From positions 199,269-263,268 of the forward strand of contig CAWKPE010000010.1 of assembly GCA_963851385.1 (NCBI GenBank): a stretch of DNA of 64,000 bases. Direction: 5' to 3'. The notes beneath the pieces were generated by a model. It saw only the letters and a list, made by a program, of their open reading frames with translations. It did no database searches and was not told the origin of the DNA. The DNA comes from an uncultured Bacteroidota bacterium. Lineage in GTDB: Bacteria > Bacteroidota > Bacteroidia > Bacteroidales > DTGW01. The position numbers and the translations under genes were made by a program. Positions within the stretch are counted from its first letter, which is position 1. Each line of letters opens with the position of its first letter. Positions 39,787 through 50,096 of the stretch are shown here, in pieces.

Positions 39787-42208
39787 AATCATTACATCGA
39801 CTGCCAAAAATGTAATAATACCTAAAATAGATTCATTATTATCCGTAAATTTGTTTTCCCAGGAAATTTTTTCAGAAAGCAGTAAACATATCACGGTTAA
39901 TAAAAATGAAATGAAACTACCGGAGGTTTTATTCATAACTACCTATCCACCCAGGGTATGCGGCATTGCAACCTATTCGCAGGATTTATTAAAGGCACTG
40001 AATAATAAATTCAATACATCTTTCTCTATTAAAGTATGTGCAATGGAATCAGGATATACAAAATATAATTATCCGGATGAAGTAACTTATGTTCTTGATA
40101 CTTCTCATTTTTCGGAATATACGAAATTAGCAAATAATATTAATCGAAACATTCAAATTAAAATAGTACTTATTCAACATGAGTTTGGATTTTTTAAGTC
40201 CGCAAGTGAAAAGATATTCCTTCAATTTTTAAATGAAATTGTAAAACCGGTTATCATCGTTTTTCACACTGTATTGCCCCATCCAAACGAGGAATTAAAG
40301 ATCAAAGTAAAAAGTATCGTAGTGGCGTGCGAATCTGTTGTTGTAATGACACACAACTCTGCGCAGGTACTAATAAATGATTATGATGTACCATGGCAAA
40401 AAATTAATATCATTGCACATGGCACCCACCTTGTGCCGCATTTAAGTAAAATTTTCCTTAAAGAAAAATATGAACTTACAGGTAGGAAAGTTCTTTCAAC
40501 TTTCGGACTGCTCAGTTCAGGAAAGGGCATTGAAACTACATTGGAATCATTGCCTGCCATAGTAAAAACAAATCCGGAAGTAGTATTCCTGATAATAGGT
40601 AAAACACATCCCGAAGTAATAAAATCGGAAGGTGAAAAATACCGTGACATGCTGAAAGCAAAAGTTGAAGCACTAAATTTATATCACTATGTGAGATTTA
40701 TTAATAATTATCTGGCATTACCTGATTTACTCGAATATCTGCAGCTTACCGATATTTACCTGTTTACATCTAAAGACCCTAACCAGGCAGTAAGTGGCAC
40801 ATTTTCCTATGCTATAGGTTGTGCATGTCCGATTATTTCCACTCCTATCCCGCATGCGTTAGAAGTGCTTAGCAATGACACCGGAATTATCATCGAATTT
40901 CAAAACTCCAAGCAATTGGCAGAAGGTGTTATTCGTCTTCTGAACAATGAGCCATTAAGAAAGTCTCTAAGCTCAAACACATTGCAAAAAATAGCATCAA
41001 CAGTATGGGAAAATTCTGCTGTAGCGCATGCCATGTTGTTCAAAAAAATAGCCGGTGATAATATTAAATTGCGATATAGTCTTCCCGCGATTAAACTGGA
41101 TCATATTAATAAAATGACCACCGATATTGGTATGATCCAGTTTTCAAAAATTAACCAGCCGGATATTGATTCAGGATTCACCCTGGATGACAATGCCCGG
41201 GCATTGATAGCCATGTGCATGCATTTTGAATTGACCGAAGATGAAAATGATCTGGCATATTTACAAACATATCTGAATTTTATTGAGCATTGCCTGCAAC
41301 CCGAAGGAAACTTTTTTAATTATGTAGATCAATATAACGGGTTCACGCAACAGAATAATACTTCCAACTTAGACGATTCTAACGGCAGGGCTATTTGGGC
41401 GCTGGGCTATATCATTTCGAAGAAGGTTTTATTGCCTGCACAATTTTCAGTAGCCGCTGAAAAAATCCTGCAAAAAGCGTTGCTTCAGGTGGAATTAATA
41501 CATTCAACCAGGGCTATGGCTTTTGCTATAAAAGGTTTGTATTATTATCTTAATGAAATAAACTCAACTGAAAATATCTTGCTATTAGAAACGCTTGCAA
41601 ACAGGTTAGTTGAGATGTACAAGCATGAGTCGACTGATTCTTGGAAATGGTTTGAGGGTTATCTCACTTATGCAAACAGTATATTACCCGAAGCCATGTT
41701 ATTTGCATGGTTGCTTACCGGGAATTCTCTTTATAAATATATAGCCAGAGAATCTTTTGATTTCCTTTTGTCGCATATCTTTAACGAAAATGGAATAGAA
41801 GTAATCTCCAATAAAAACTGGTTGAATAAAGGACAAGAAGCAGGACATTTTGGTGAACAACCTATTGATGTTGCATATACAATTATGACATTAAGCAGGT
41901 TTTATAATGAATTAAAAGACGAAAACTATTTGTATAAAATAGAAATTGCATTCAATTGGTTTTTAGGAAACAACCGCTTACACCAGATTATATATAACCC
42001 CTGTACCGGCGGATGTTACGACGGGCTGGAGGAAACTCATGTGAACTTGAACCAGGGAGCAGAATCTACTTTGAGTTACCTGATGGCAAGATTAACCGTC
42101 GAAAAGTATAAGTTTTTAGATAAACCGATCAAACCTCAATTGCATAAGCATAGCAGGGTACACACAAAACTAAGGAAACGTGTTTATTCAACTGATGATA
42201 AAAATTAA
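39776..42208 (+). CDS. GT4-type glycosyltransferase fused to a C-terminal (alpha/alpha)6-like domain
   Basis: 810 aa. The N-terminal half is GT-B/GT4-like (…FGLLSSGKGIETTLESL…, …LFTSKDPNQAVSGTFSYAIGCACPIISTPIPHALE…). The C-terminal ~400 aa look like a helical-repeat glycosidase. It overlaps the GH130 gene by 11 nt. Confidence 0.65.
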   Translation: MKNKIITSTAKNVIIPKIDSLLSVNLFSQEIFSESSKHITVNKNEMKLPEVLFITTYPPRVCGIATYSQDLLKALNNKFNTSFSIKVCAMESGYTKYNYPDEVTYVLDTSHFSEYTKLANNINRNIQIKIVLIQHEFGFFKSASEKIFLQFLNEIVKPVIIVFHTVLPHPNEELKIKVKSIVVACESVVVMTHNSAQVLINDYDVPWQKINIIAHGTHLVPHLSKIFLKEKYELTGRKVLSTFGLLSSGKGIETTLESLPAIVKTNPEVVFLIIGKTHPEVIKSEGEKYRDMLKAKVEALNLYHYVRFINNYLALPDLLEYLQLTDIYLFTSKDPNQAVSGTFSYAIGCACPIISTPIPHALEVLSNDTGIIIEFQNSKQLAEGVIRLLNNEPLRKSLSSNTLQKIASTVWENSAVAHAMLFKKIAGDNIKLRYSLPAIKLDHINKMTTDIGMIQFSKINQPDIDSGFTLDDNARALIAMCMHFELTEDENDLAYLQTYLNFIEHCLQPEGNFFNYVDQYNGFTQQNNTSNLDDSNGRAIWALGYIISKKVLLPAQFSVAAEKILQKALLQVELIHSTRAMAFAIKGLYYYLNEINSTENILLLETLANRLVEMYKHESTDSWKWFEGYLTYANSILPEAMLFAWLLTGNSLYKYIARESFDFLLSHIFNENGIEVISNKNWLNKGQEAGHFGEQPIDVAYTIMTLSRFYNELKDENYLYKIEIAFNWFLGNNRLHQIIYNPCTGGCYDGLEETHVNLNQGAESTLSYLMARLTVEKYKFLDKPIKPQLHKHSRVHTKLRKRVYSTDDKN

Positions 42209-42586
42209 ATGAACCAGTTCTCATTGAGTCATTCTTTTAAAAATACCGAAAGTTTGAAAGAGTAATTTCTGTTCCATTAATCTCCTGCCCCACCTAAATC
42301 CTTGCCTATAGACTATGTCTTCTGACAACCTCATGCTCTTGCATTTTGTATTAATCACCAACCCCTGATAGGACTCATAACCTCAAATCCCGGACATCCA
42401 GGAAAGAAAGTATGGAAAGCTTTTTTGAAACTTTTGGTTAATAAAGTTGGCTTGCCTGAAAGTCAATAAAAAATCTATATCCACAATAAATTTATAATTG
42501 TTTATAAGTTATGAATTATATATTTAAGGATTTATAAACAGATATATTACATTTATAACCTGAATTTTAATTATAAATTGTGATCC

Positions 42587-44061
42587 ATGCAAGTTACTGT
42601 AACAAGAAAAGATGTTAAATTTTATCCCGGATCCGACCAGGATAATTGCCCGCTTTCTTTATACCAATGACGAAAGAAGTGCAAATATAATCCGCGAGGT
42701 ACTGGCTATGTCAAAAGAAGATGTAAATATTGCAATGAGCCAGGTTTTGAGAGGGTATTCCAAACGTCACAGAAATATTTCAAAGATATTTGAAAACCAT
42801 TTCAATAAATTGTCTCACCTATTTAATGGGCTTGATATTAACCCGGAAACTTTAGATCAATCCAGAAAAGTGCTTATTGGTTCCTATTTCACAATGGAAT
42901 ATTCTATTGAATCAGCAGCTTTTTTTAATCCATCCATTATAGAACATCCTGATCAAACCGAATTAGGGCCCGGAGAAAAAAGAGTGATTTTAAGTTTCAG
43001 GGCAACAGGAGAAGGACATATTTCCTCAATCGTTTTCCGTGCCGGGGTTCTTGACAAGGATAATAACCTGAGTATTGAACCTGTTGGTAAAATGCTGGAT
43101 GAGGCAGAACGTATTAAAAGACATGTTTATAATAAACAATCCTTTACAAAGAAACTGGATGAGATGCAGAAATATTAATAATATAATTCCTGCTGAACTT
43201 GTTTTTGATAAATTAGGTGAAAATTTCACTTATGGGGAATTGAAAAAATGTGTGGACGAAACAAGAAAGACTCTTCACCTTGCGGCAAATAAAGAATTGT
43301 TATTTAATCAAATAATGTGGCTGGCTTCTTCTCATTATGAACTTGAATTCTCCATTGATTCGGCAATTTCTGAAAGAGTTATTTTTCCTATCTCCGAAAC
43401 AGAAAAAAATGGAATTGAAGATGCACGTTTTGTTAAATTCAAAGACGATAAAGGTGAAGTAACTTACTATGCCACTTACACTGCTTATGATGGCATGACT
43501 ATATTACCTAAGTTAATTGAAACCAAAAATTTTTATACTTTTAAAGTATTACCTCTTCACGGTGAAATTTCGGAAGATAAAGGTATGGCATTATTTCCAA
43601 GGAAGATTAAAGGAAAATATGCCATGCTCTGCAGAATAGATGGAGAAAATAATTACATTGCCTTTTCAGATAACATTAATATATGGCGAGATGCCAAACT
43701 CATCCAGGAACCCAAATATCATTGGGAATTCGTTCAAGTTGGAAATTGTGGATCGCCCATCGAGACTAAAGAGGGATGGTTGGTTATTACGCATGCTGTC
43801 GGACAAATGAGGGAGTATGTTCTGGGCGCTTGTTTATATGATCTTGAGAATCCTGAAAAAGAAATAGGAAGATTAAAGACTCCGTTAATGATGCCAAATG
43901 AAGTGGAAAGAGAAGGATACGTACCCAATGTAATTTATTCATGCGGTTCAATTATTCATAATGACGATTTGATTATTCCTTATGCCATGTCAGATTATGC
44001 TTCTACCTACGCTACTGTTAATCTAAAAGAACTTCTGAATGAGTTGAAAAACTCCAGGTAA
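42587..44061 (+). pseudogene. two-domain GH130-like protein, one certain and one probable frame break as sequenced
   Basis: ORFs 42612-43178 and 43075-44061 join at ...KKLDEMQK/NINNIIPAELVF... The C-terminal half has the GH130 context GIEDARFVKF..YYATYTAYDG. The probable true start is MQVTVTRKDVKF at 42587, separated by one extra T in a TTTT run. Confidence 0.65.
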
Positions 44062-44340
44062 CTTCGAGGAACATTAATAGAAATCAATTTCCAAAATTTA
44101 CATTGAAAATATTTCTTCCATTGCTTTGATCTGCTACAGCTCCTAGCAGTCACTCGTTGGTGATAAGTACATTACTGTTAACATTCTGCATAAAACCAAA
44201 ACCCCAATCTAGTTGAAAGGTTTAAAAACAATCAGACTTTGATCAATGGAATCCATAAGGATTTATTTTGTATTTTTGATAAAAAAGGATATCCCGATTA
44301 TCCTCTATATAAAACCTCATGAATACAATTCAATAAATAC

Positions 44341-45228
44341 ATGACTTTCTTAGACTATTATAAAATATTAGGGGTTGATAAAACTGCATCAACAAAGGAC
44401 ATCAAAAGTGCCTACCGGAAATTGGCCAGAAAGTATCACCCCGATTTAAATCCAAATGATAAGGATGCTAAAAAGAATTTTCAGCATATCAATGAAGCAA
44501 ATGAAGTATTAAGTGATCCCGAAAAACGTAAGAAATACGATCAATACGGAAAGGATTGGCAACATGCTGAAGAATTTGAAAAAGCAAGACAATATCAGGA
44601 ACAACCGCCAAATTCTCGTAGGACAAAATATTCAGAGGCTCAATCTGAAGGGGATTTTTCCGATTTTTTTGAATCCTTGTTTGGTGGTGCAGCAGGTGCC
44701 GGCAGAAGCAGACAAGTGAAATTCAGAGGAGAAGATTACAATGCGGAATTACATCTCGACCTCATCGATGCATATACAACTCACAAACAAATGTTAACAG
44801 TAAATGGGGAAAAAATAAGAATTACTATCCCTGCCGGAATTGAAAATGGGCAAACTATTAAAATAGCAGGCCATGGTGGCCAGGGAATAAATGGTGGGCC
44901 GAATGGTGATTTGTATATTACATTTTCAATAGCCAATCATTCAAAATTTAAACGTTTAGGAAATAATTTATATACTACAGCAGAGTTAGATTTATACACA
45001 GCGGTGTTGGGAGGAGAAATCATAATTGATACATTGAACGAAAAAGTGAAAATAAAAGTAAAGCCCGAAACGCAAAACGGTAGTAAAATAAAGATAAAAG
45101 GTAAGGGATTTCCTGTTTATAAAAATGAAGGACAATTTGGAGATTTATATGTAACTTATGCTATTAAAATCCCGACAAATTTAACGGATAAGCAAAAAGC
45201 ATTATTTACTGAATTGTCTAAATTATAA
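44341..45228 (+). CDS. cbpA: DnaJ-class co-chaperone of the CbpA type (J domain, no zinc finger)
   Basis: 295 aa, [33 protein letters not shown]. It is followed by a cbpM-like gene. Confidence 0.8.
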   Translation: MTFLDYYKILGVDKTASTKDIKSAYRKLARKYHPDLNPNDKDAKKNFQHINEANEVLSDPEKRKKYDQYGKDWQHAEEFEKARQYQEQPPNSRRTKYSEAQSEGDFSDFFESLFGGAAGAGRSRQVKFRGEDYNAELHLDLIDAYTTHKQMLTVNGEKIRITIPAGIENGQTIKIAGHGGQGINGGPNGDLYITFSIANHSKFKRLGNNLYTTAELDLYTAVLGGEIIIDTLNEKVKIKVKPETQNGSKIKIKGKGFPVYKNEGQFGDLYVTYAIKIPTNLTDKQKALFTELSKL

Positions 45229-45245
45229 TTTTTAAAATGTAAGCA

Positions 45246-45542
45246 ATGCAAACAGAAAATTTAATTTCCATAAATGAATTCTGCATCAACCAAAATATAG
45301 AAATTTCATTTATCAATTCTTTACGACAAGCCGGATTGATAGAAATTACTACTATTAAAGAAGTAGAGTTTATTAATGCAGACCAGCTACAACAATTAGA
45401 AAAAATTGTTCGCTTATATTACGAGATGGATATTAACCTGGAAGGTATTGAAACCATTACTCATTTATTACAGCGAATAAATTCTCTGCAGGATGAAATT
45501 ATTGTACTCAGAAACAAGCTTCGTCTTTATGAAACGGATTAA
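45246..45542 (+). CDS. cbpM: chaperone modulator CbpM-like (MerR-type HTH)
   Basis: 98 aa, immediately downstream of cbpA. The C-terminal part is helical and leucine-rich. Confidence 0.6.
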   Translation: MQTENLISINEFCINQNIEISFINSLRQAGLIEITTIKEVEFINADQLQQLEKIVRLYYEMDINLEGIETITHLLQRINSLQDEIIVLRNKLRLYETD

Positions 45543-45605
45543 TAGTTTGACCGAAATTCAGATATAAAAATAGGATTAATATTCATAAACAAAATATGAA
45601 AAAAA

Positions 45606-46094
45606 ATGAAAACAAATAAGATGAAAAAAGTATTGATTGCGCTGGATTATGATCCAACTGCACAAAAAATAGCAGAAACAGGTTTTTCATTAGCTAAAAC
45701 AATGGGTGCTGAAATTATACTACTGCATGTAATTGCAGATGCTACATATTATTCTTCACTTGAATATAATCCGATAACAGGTTTTCTGGGTTTCAGCGCT
45801 ACAGACGCATCTCATTTATTAGAACCTGAAGGACTGAAAATAGCAACAAAACATTTTCTTGATAAAGTCAAACACCATCTTGAAGATGATAATATTAAAA
45901 CTATAGTAAAAGAAGGTGATTTTGCCGATTCTATATTAAAGTCTGCAAAAGATTTAAATGTGGATATTATTGTAATTGGTTCTCACAGCCGGAGATGGTT
46001 AACCGAAATACTAATAGGAAGTGTAACTGAAAAAGTTTTACATCACTCTTCCATACCTCTTTTCATAATTCCAGTTAAAGAACACAAATCATAA
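45606..46094 (+). CDS. universal stress protein (UspA family)
   Basis: 162 aa, ...KKVLIALDYD..., ...DIIVIGSHSRRWLTEILIGSVTEKVLHHSSIPLFIIP. Confidence 0.85.
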   Translation: MKTNKMKKVLIALDYDPTAQKIAETGFSLAKTMGAEIILLHVIADATYYSSLEYNPITGFLGFSATDASHLLEPEGLKIATKHFLDKVKHHLEDDNIKTIVKEGDFADSILKSAKDLNVDIIVIGSHSRRWLTEILIGSVTEKVLHHSSIPLFIIPVKEHKS

Positions 46095-46127
46095 AAACAA
46101 TATAATTCTCTTACAAACATAGTAGTA

Positions 46128-46742
46128 ATGGAAAATATCTGGAGCTATTCATTAACTGTTTTTATGGCATTTTTTGCCATTATGAACCCTGTTGCCAATA
46201 TTCCAATTTTTGTTCAGTTAACAGAAGGCCTCGATGAAAAGAAAAAAAAGGAAATTTCTAAAACAGCCAACATTGTTGCATTTCTAATTGTTTTAGCGTT
46301 TATTTTAGTTGGTAAATATATTTTCGAAATATTCGGGTTAACCGTTCCTGCATTCAAAGTATTTGGGGGAATTTTAATCTTTTTTATTGGATTTGAAATG
46401 CTTCAATCAAAAAAATCCAGCATACATCTTCAGGAAAAAGCAACTTTTGATGAAGGTGTAACCATATCCCCTTTAGCCATTCCTATTTTGGCCGGCCCAG
46501 GAACAATTGTTACAGCTATGAATTTTGTTGTAAAAGCAAATTATTTTTACGTACTCATAACCATATTAATATTTGCCCTAATCGTTTTTTTAACCCATTT
46601 GGCTTTTATTTACAGTAGTTTTATTGTAAAGTTAATTGGAAAAAGAAATTTTGTAATTATAGGTAAAATCATGGGACTGATTTTAGGTGTACTTGGAGCA
46701 AATATGGTAATTCAGGGAATCAAATTAGCATTTAATATTTGA
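46128..46742 (+). CDS. MarC-family integral membrane protein
   Basis: 204 aa, six predicted TM segments, ...FFAIMNPVANIPIF... Confidence 0.75.
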   Translation: MENIWSYSLTVFMAFFAIMNPVANIPIFVQLTEGLDEKKKKEISKTANIVAFLIVLAFILVGKYIFEIFGLTVPAFKVFGGILIFFIGFEMLQSKKSSIHLQEKATFDEGVTISPLAIPILAGPGTIVTAMNFVVKANYFYVLITILIFALIVFLTHLAFIYSSFIVKLIGKRNFVIIGKIMGLILGVLGANMVIQGIKLAFNI

Positions 46743-46813
46743 GTTGATTAAAAGTTTAACCCAAATCTCCATTATTAGGAGCCTGGATTTAATTTACTCG
46801 ACATATCTGCAAC

Positions 46814-46854
46814 ATATCTAAATGATTTTTAATTTTAAAAAATCATTTAGATAT
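46814..46854 (+). terminator. long perfect hairpin downstream of marC-like gene
   Basis: atatctaaatgattttt / aaaaatcatttagatat, a 17-bp stem with a short AT loop. No clean T-tail. Confidence 0.5.
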
Positions 46855-47040
46855 TTACGAAAAGACTAAATAAACAATCCTTTAAAAATACTTCTAATTA
46901 AAAACTTTATTAATTATCCCTGGGAGTTGCATTGTAACTTTTAAAGAAATAACATTATATTTAGTGTCTGTACAAGCATTAATTTTGCATTGCAATGAAT
47001 TAATTATTATTAATAATATTCTTAAAACTCAAAATTGACA

Positions 47041-48405
47041 ATGTTATTAAAACAGTCAAATATTTCAAAGAAGATTATTTTCATTGTTATTGCTTTCAGT
47101 ATTTTATTGAGATTATTCTTTGTATTTATTGCCCATCCACCTGAAAAATATCTTTACAGTGATATGCAGGGTTATTACGAACGTGCTGTAAAGTTCGCTG
47201 TTGGCGAGAAAGAAGATATTTACGATTCTTTTTATCCTCCAGCAACACATATTATTTACTCAGTATTTATCAAAACAAAAGATCCTTTCTTTTGGATAAA
47301 ATCATTTAACGTATTTATTAGTATTGCAACTTGCTTTTTTATTTACCTAATTGCAAAAGATATCTTTAGCAGGCAGGCAGGATATATCGCTTTCACCATC
47401 GCCAGCTTTAATTATTTATTCATTGATTTTGCCGGATACTTAATGTCTGAAACATGCTTTACATTTATGTTGGCGTTTATGTTTTATTGTTTTCTGAAAA
47501 GCATAATGGCACGAATGCAAATTAACAGATGGTTATTTTCAATTTTGGCAGGTTTGTCTATTATCGTAGCCGGGGCAATAAAATCTTCAGTTCTTTTATT
47601 CATTCCTTTATTCGGTTTATGGTGGGTTTTTAATTTTAAAAAGTACAAGATATTTTTTAACCTTGCATTTTATGTCGCAGGCTTTCTTCCATTTTTTATT
47701 TTGCTTGCTTTGCGGTTTCATTCATTAACATGTGAATATGGGGTTATCTCTTCGAATGGTGGTTTTAATTTCTTTCAGGGACGCTCGCATATTAAGGATG
47801 CCAGGTTTGTAGACAAGAAACGGGGTGTGGAATATTTGTTTGCTTCGCCGGTAGCTGTTTGCAACCATTACACTTACAATGATTCCTTTCAAACAGGTCC
47901 GTATGATTCTAAATTTTTTTACGGGAAGGGAATAGAAGAAGCAAAAAAAAATATTCCTCGTACAATTTATTACTCTTTAGACAATTTATACGACCTTTTT
48001 CTTTTACCTGATGTATGGCCATCTTTCGCAATTGAAAAACCTTTTTCAATATTAATTAAAACTGCAAGCATCCTTTTCATTCTCTTTGTTCTTTTACCGT
48101 CATTAATCATTCTAATTATATGTTTTAGATTTTTATTGAAAGAATTAAGGGTTTTGATTTTCTTTCCAATTCTCACAATCCTTATAACTTCAGTTGTTTT
48201 TTATGGCGACCCGCGTTTCAGGATACCTTATGATGTTTTTTTTATAGTTCTTGCAGGGTATTTTTATACTGAAGCTAATAAAAAATTAAAGAAATGGTAT
48301 TCCAAAAGACTTATTAATCAAAATCAATTGCATACATACTATAAAAATATATTTTATTTCTTTATGAAGTCTTTCTTGTCTTTTTCTACCTTAGTTAAGC
48401 TTTAA
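47041..48405 (+). CDS. polytopic membrane glycosyltransferase-like protein (GT39/ArnT-like fold)
   Basis: ~454 aa from the ATG at 47041, with about 10 TM segments. An early loop ...EKYLYSDMQGYYERA... precedes the TM bundle, as in lipid-linked sugar transferases. The assignment is by architecture only. Confidence 0.45.
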   Translation: MLLKQSNISKKIIFIVIAFSILLRLFFVFIAHPPEKYLYSDMQGYYERAVKFAVGEKEDIYDSFYPPATHIIYSVFIKTKDPFFWIKSFNVFISIATCFFIYLIAKDIFSRQAGYIAFTIASFNYLFIDFAGYLMSETCFTFMLAFMFYCFLKSIMARMQINRWLFSILAGLSIIVAGAIKSSVLLFIPLFGLWWVFNFKKYKIFFNLAFYVAGFLPFFILLALRFHSLTCEYGVISSNGGFNFFQGRSHIKDARFVDKKRGVEYLFASPVAVCNHYTYNDSFQTGPYDSKFFYGKGIEEAKKNIPRTIYYSLDNLYDLFLLPDVWPSFAIEKPFSILIKTASILFILFVLLPSLIILIICFRFLLKELRVLIFFPILTILITSVVFYGDPRFRIPYDVFFIVLAGYFYTEANKKLKKWYSKRLINQNQLHTYYKNIFYFFMKSFLSFSTLVKL

Positions 48406-48432
48406 ATGATTAAGAAAACAGAATAGTAAAAA

Positions 48433-49737
48433 ATGACTGATAAAAAAACTAATACTTTGATAGGTATTTTACCTAAATCGTGTACTTCTGGACTAATATG
48501 TTTTACTGGCTTGATAAGCTTTTCAATTTCACTTTGGTTCATTAATAAATACAATATTGATAATTACACGGGAGGTATTTTCGCCGGATTGGCATTTGCT
48601 GTTCCTATTATTATTTTAGAAAATTTTGTACTTAAAACATATAGAAGAGTATCGACGGGATTAGACTTTACATTCAAAAATAAAATAAATATTGAAAGAG
48701 TTGTTATAAGACTAGTTGGACTTTATTCTACTTTAGCTGTGGTCATTATTTTTTATTGGCTGTTCCCTGAATACAATTCAAATTTATATGGATTATACTG
48801 GCGTTTAGCAAAAACCTTGCTTAAAATTATTGTTTTTGGATCAATCCCTTATTTTCTTATACTTGACAAATTTCTAATTGAGTCCAAAGAGAGCTATTGG
48901 AAGATAGGGATGATTGTATTAGGTAAATGGAAAGGATTGAACTATGATGGCTTAAAGAACTATTTCTTAGGCTGGTTGGTGAAAGCATTCTTTTTGCCCT
49001 TAATGTTTGTTTCGTTATGTGGAAATATAGGTTATTTAAAAGAAAATCAATTTTATATAATATCATCTCACTTTAATTTCTCAGGTTTTTTTGCCAGCAT
49101 GACTAACTATATATACACTATTGACCTGGTTGTAGTAACAGTCGGCTACACCTTAACGTTAAGAATTTTTGATTCTCATATTCGAACAGTAGAACCAAGT
49201 TTTTTAGGTTGGTACGTAGCATTACAATGTTACCAGCCGTTTTGGGGAGCATTAAGTGGAAATTATTTCGCTTATGCCGGAACCTATTCATGGGAAAAGT
49301 GGCTATGGGGTTACCACGATATATATATATTATGGGGAATACTAATTTTACTATTGTTATCGATTTATTCATGGGCCTCAGTTTTATTTGGATTAAGATT
49401 TTCGAACCTCACAAACAGGGGAATTATAACTAATGGACCATACAGGTACATGAGACATCCTGCATACATTAGTAAAAACCTTTCATGGTGGTTAGTATCC
49501 GTGCCATTTATTTCAAATGAAGGACTTTTAATTGGATTAAAACATTGTTTGCTTTTATTGCTTGTAAACTTCATATACTTTATGAGAGCAAAAACTGAAG
49601 AAAGACATTTATCAAAAGACGCTGTTTATGTGCAATACGCCCTTGGTATTAATCAGAAAGGTATATTCAAAGCGATTTATAAAATATTGCCTTTTCTTAA
49701 GTACAATCCAGATAAGTATATTAAAAACACTAATTAA
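48433..49737 (+). CDS. membrane protein with C-terminal ICMT/PEMT-like methyltransferase domain
   Basis: 434 aa. The C-terminal motif is ...LTNRGIITNGPYRYMRHPAYISKNLSWW...RAKTEERHL, as in the isoprenylcysteine carboxyl methyltransferase family. It is preceded by ~250 aa of extra TM segments. Confidence 0.6.
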   Translation: MTDKKTNTLIGILPKSCTSGLICFTGLISFSISLWFINKYNIDNYTGGIFAGLAFAVPIIILENFVLKTYRRVSTGLDFTFKNKINIERVVIRLVGLYSTLAVVIIFYWLFPEYNSNLYGLYWRLAKTLLKIIVFGSIPYFLILDKFLIESKESYWKIGMIVLGKWKGLNYDGLKNYFLGWLVKAFFLPLMFVSLCGNIGYLKENQFYIISSHFNFSGFFASMTNYIYTIDLVVVTVGYTLTLRIFDSHIRTVEPSFLGWYVALQCYQPFWGALSGNYFAYAGTYSWEKWLWGYHDIYILWGILILLLLSIYSWASVLFGLRFSNLTNRGIITNGPYRYMRHPAYISKNLSWWLVSVPFISNEGLLIGLKHCLLLLLVNFIYFMRAKTEERHLSKDAVYVQYALGINQKGIFKAIYKILPFLKYNPDKYIKNTN

Positions 49738-50096
49738 TAATATTCTTTTCCTGATTCTTTAAGTTCTTCAACTCACTTTTGAATTATTAGAAAATCGGAT
49801 TAAGATCACAATAATTTGACAAAATATTTAAACCTTGTCAATCTCAAAAAATACCGCAAAATAAAGATTTTATAATATGGTTTTCATTCCAATCAAATAA
49901 ATTTCAATTATTCACAAAATAAATATATCTTTAGTTATTGACTATTGAATTCTAATCTCTAATTTAAGTTCTGGCTATTTAATTAATTACAGTTACAGTT
50001 ATTTATAGAAATAATCTTTGTTAATCTAACAAATATTGGCTAGACGAATACAGTTTTTAATTTATTATTAACTATTTACTAACTAACAATTAATCT

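Noticed and set aside
42209-42586. 378-bp spacer between the GT4 fusion and the GH130-like gene as a possible ncRNA or gene remnant
   Set aside because: I could find no convincing stem-loops, repeats or translatable conserved frame by eye. I only note that its content is unexplained. A covariance-model or homology search would be needed.
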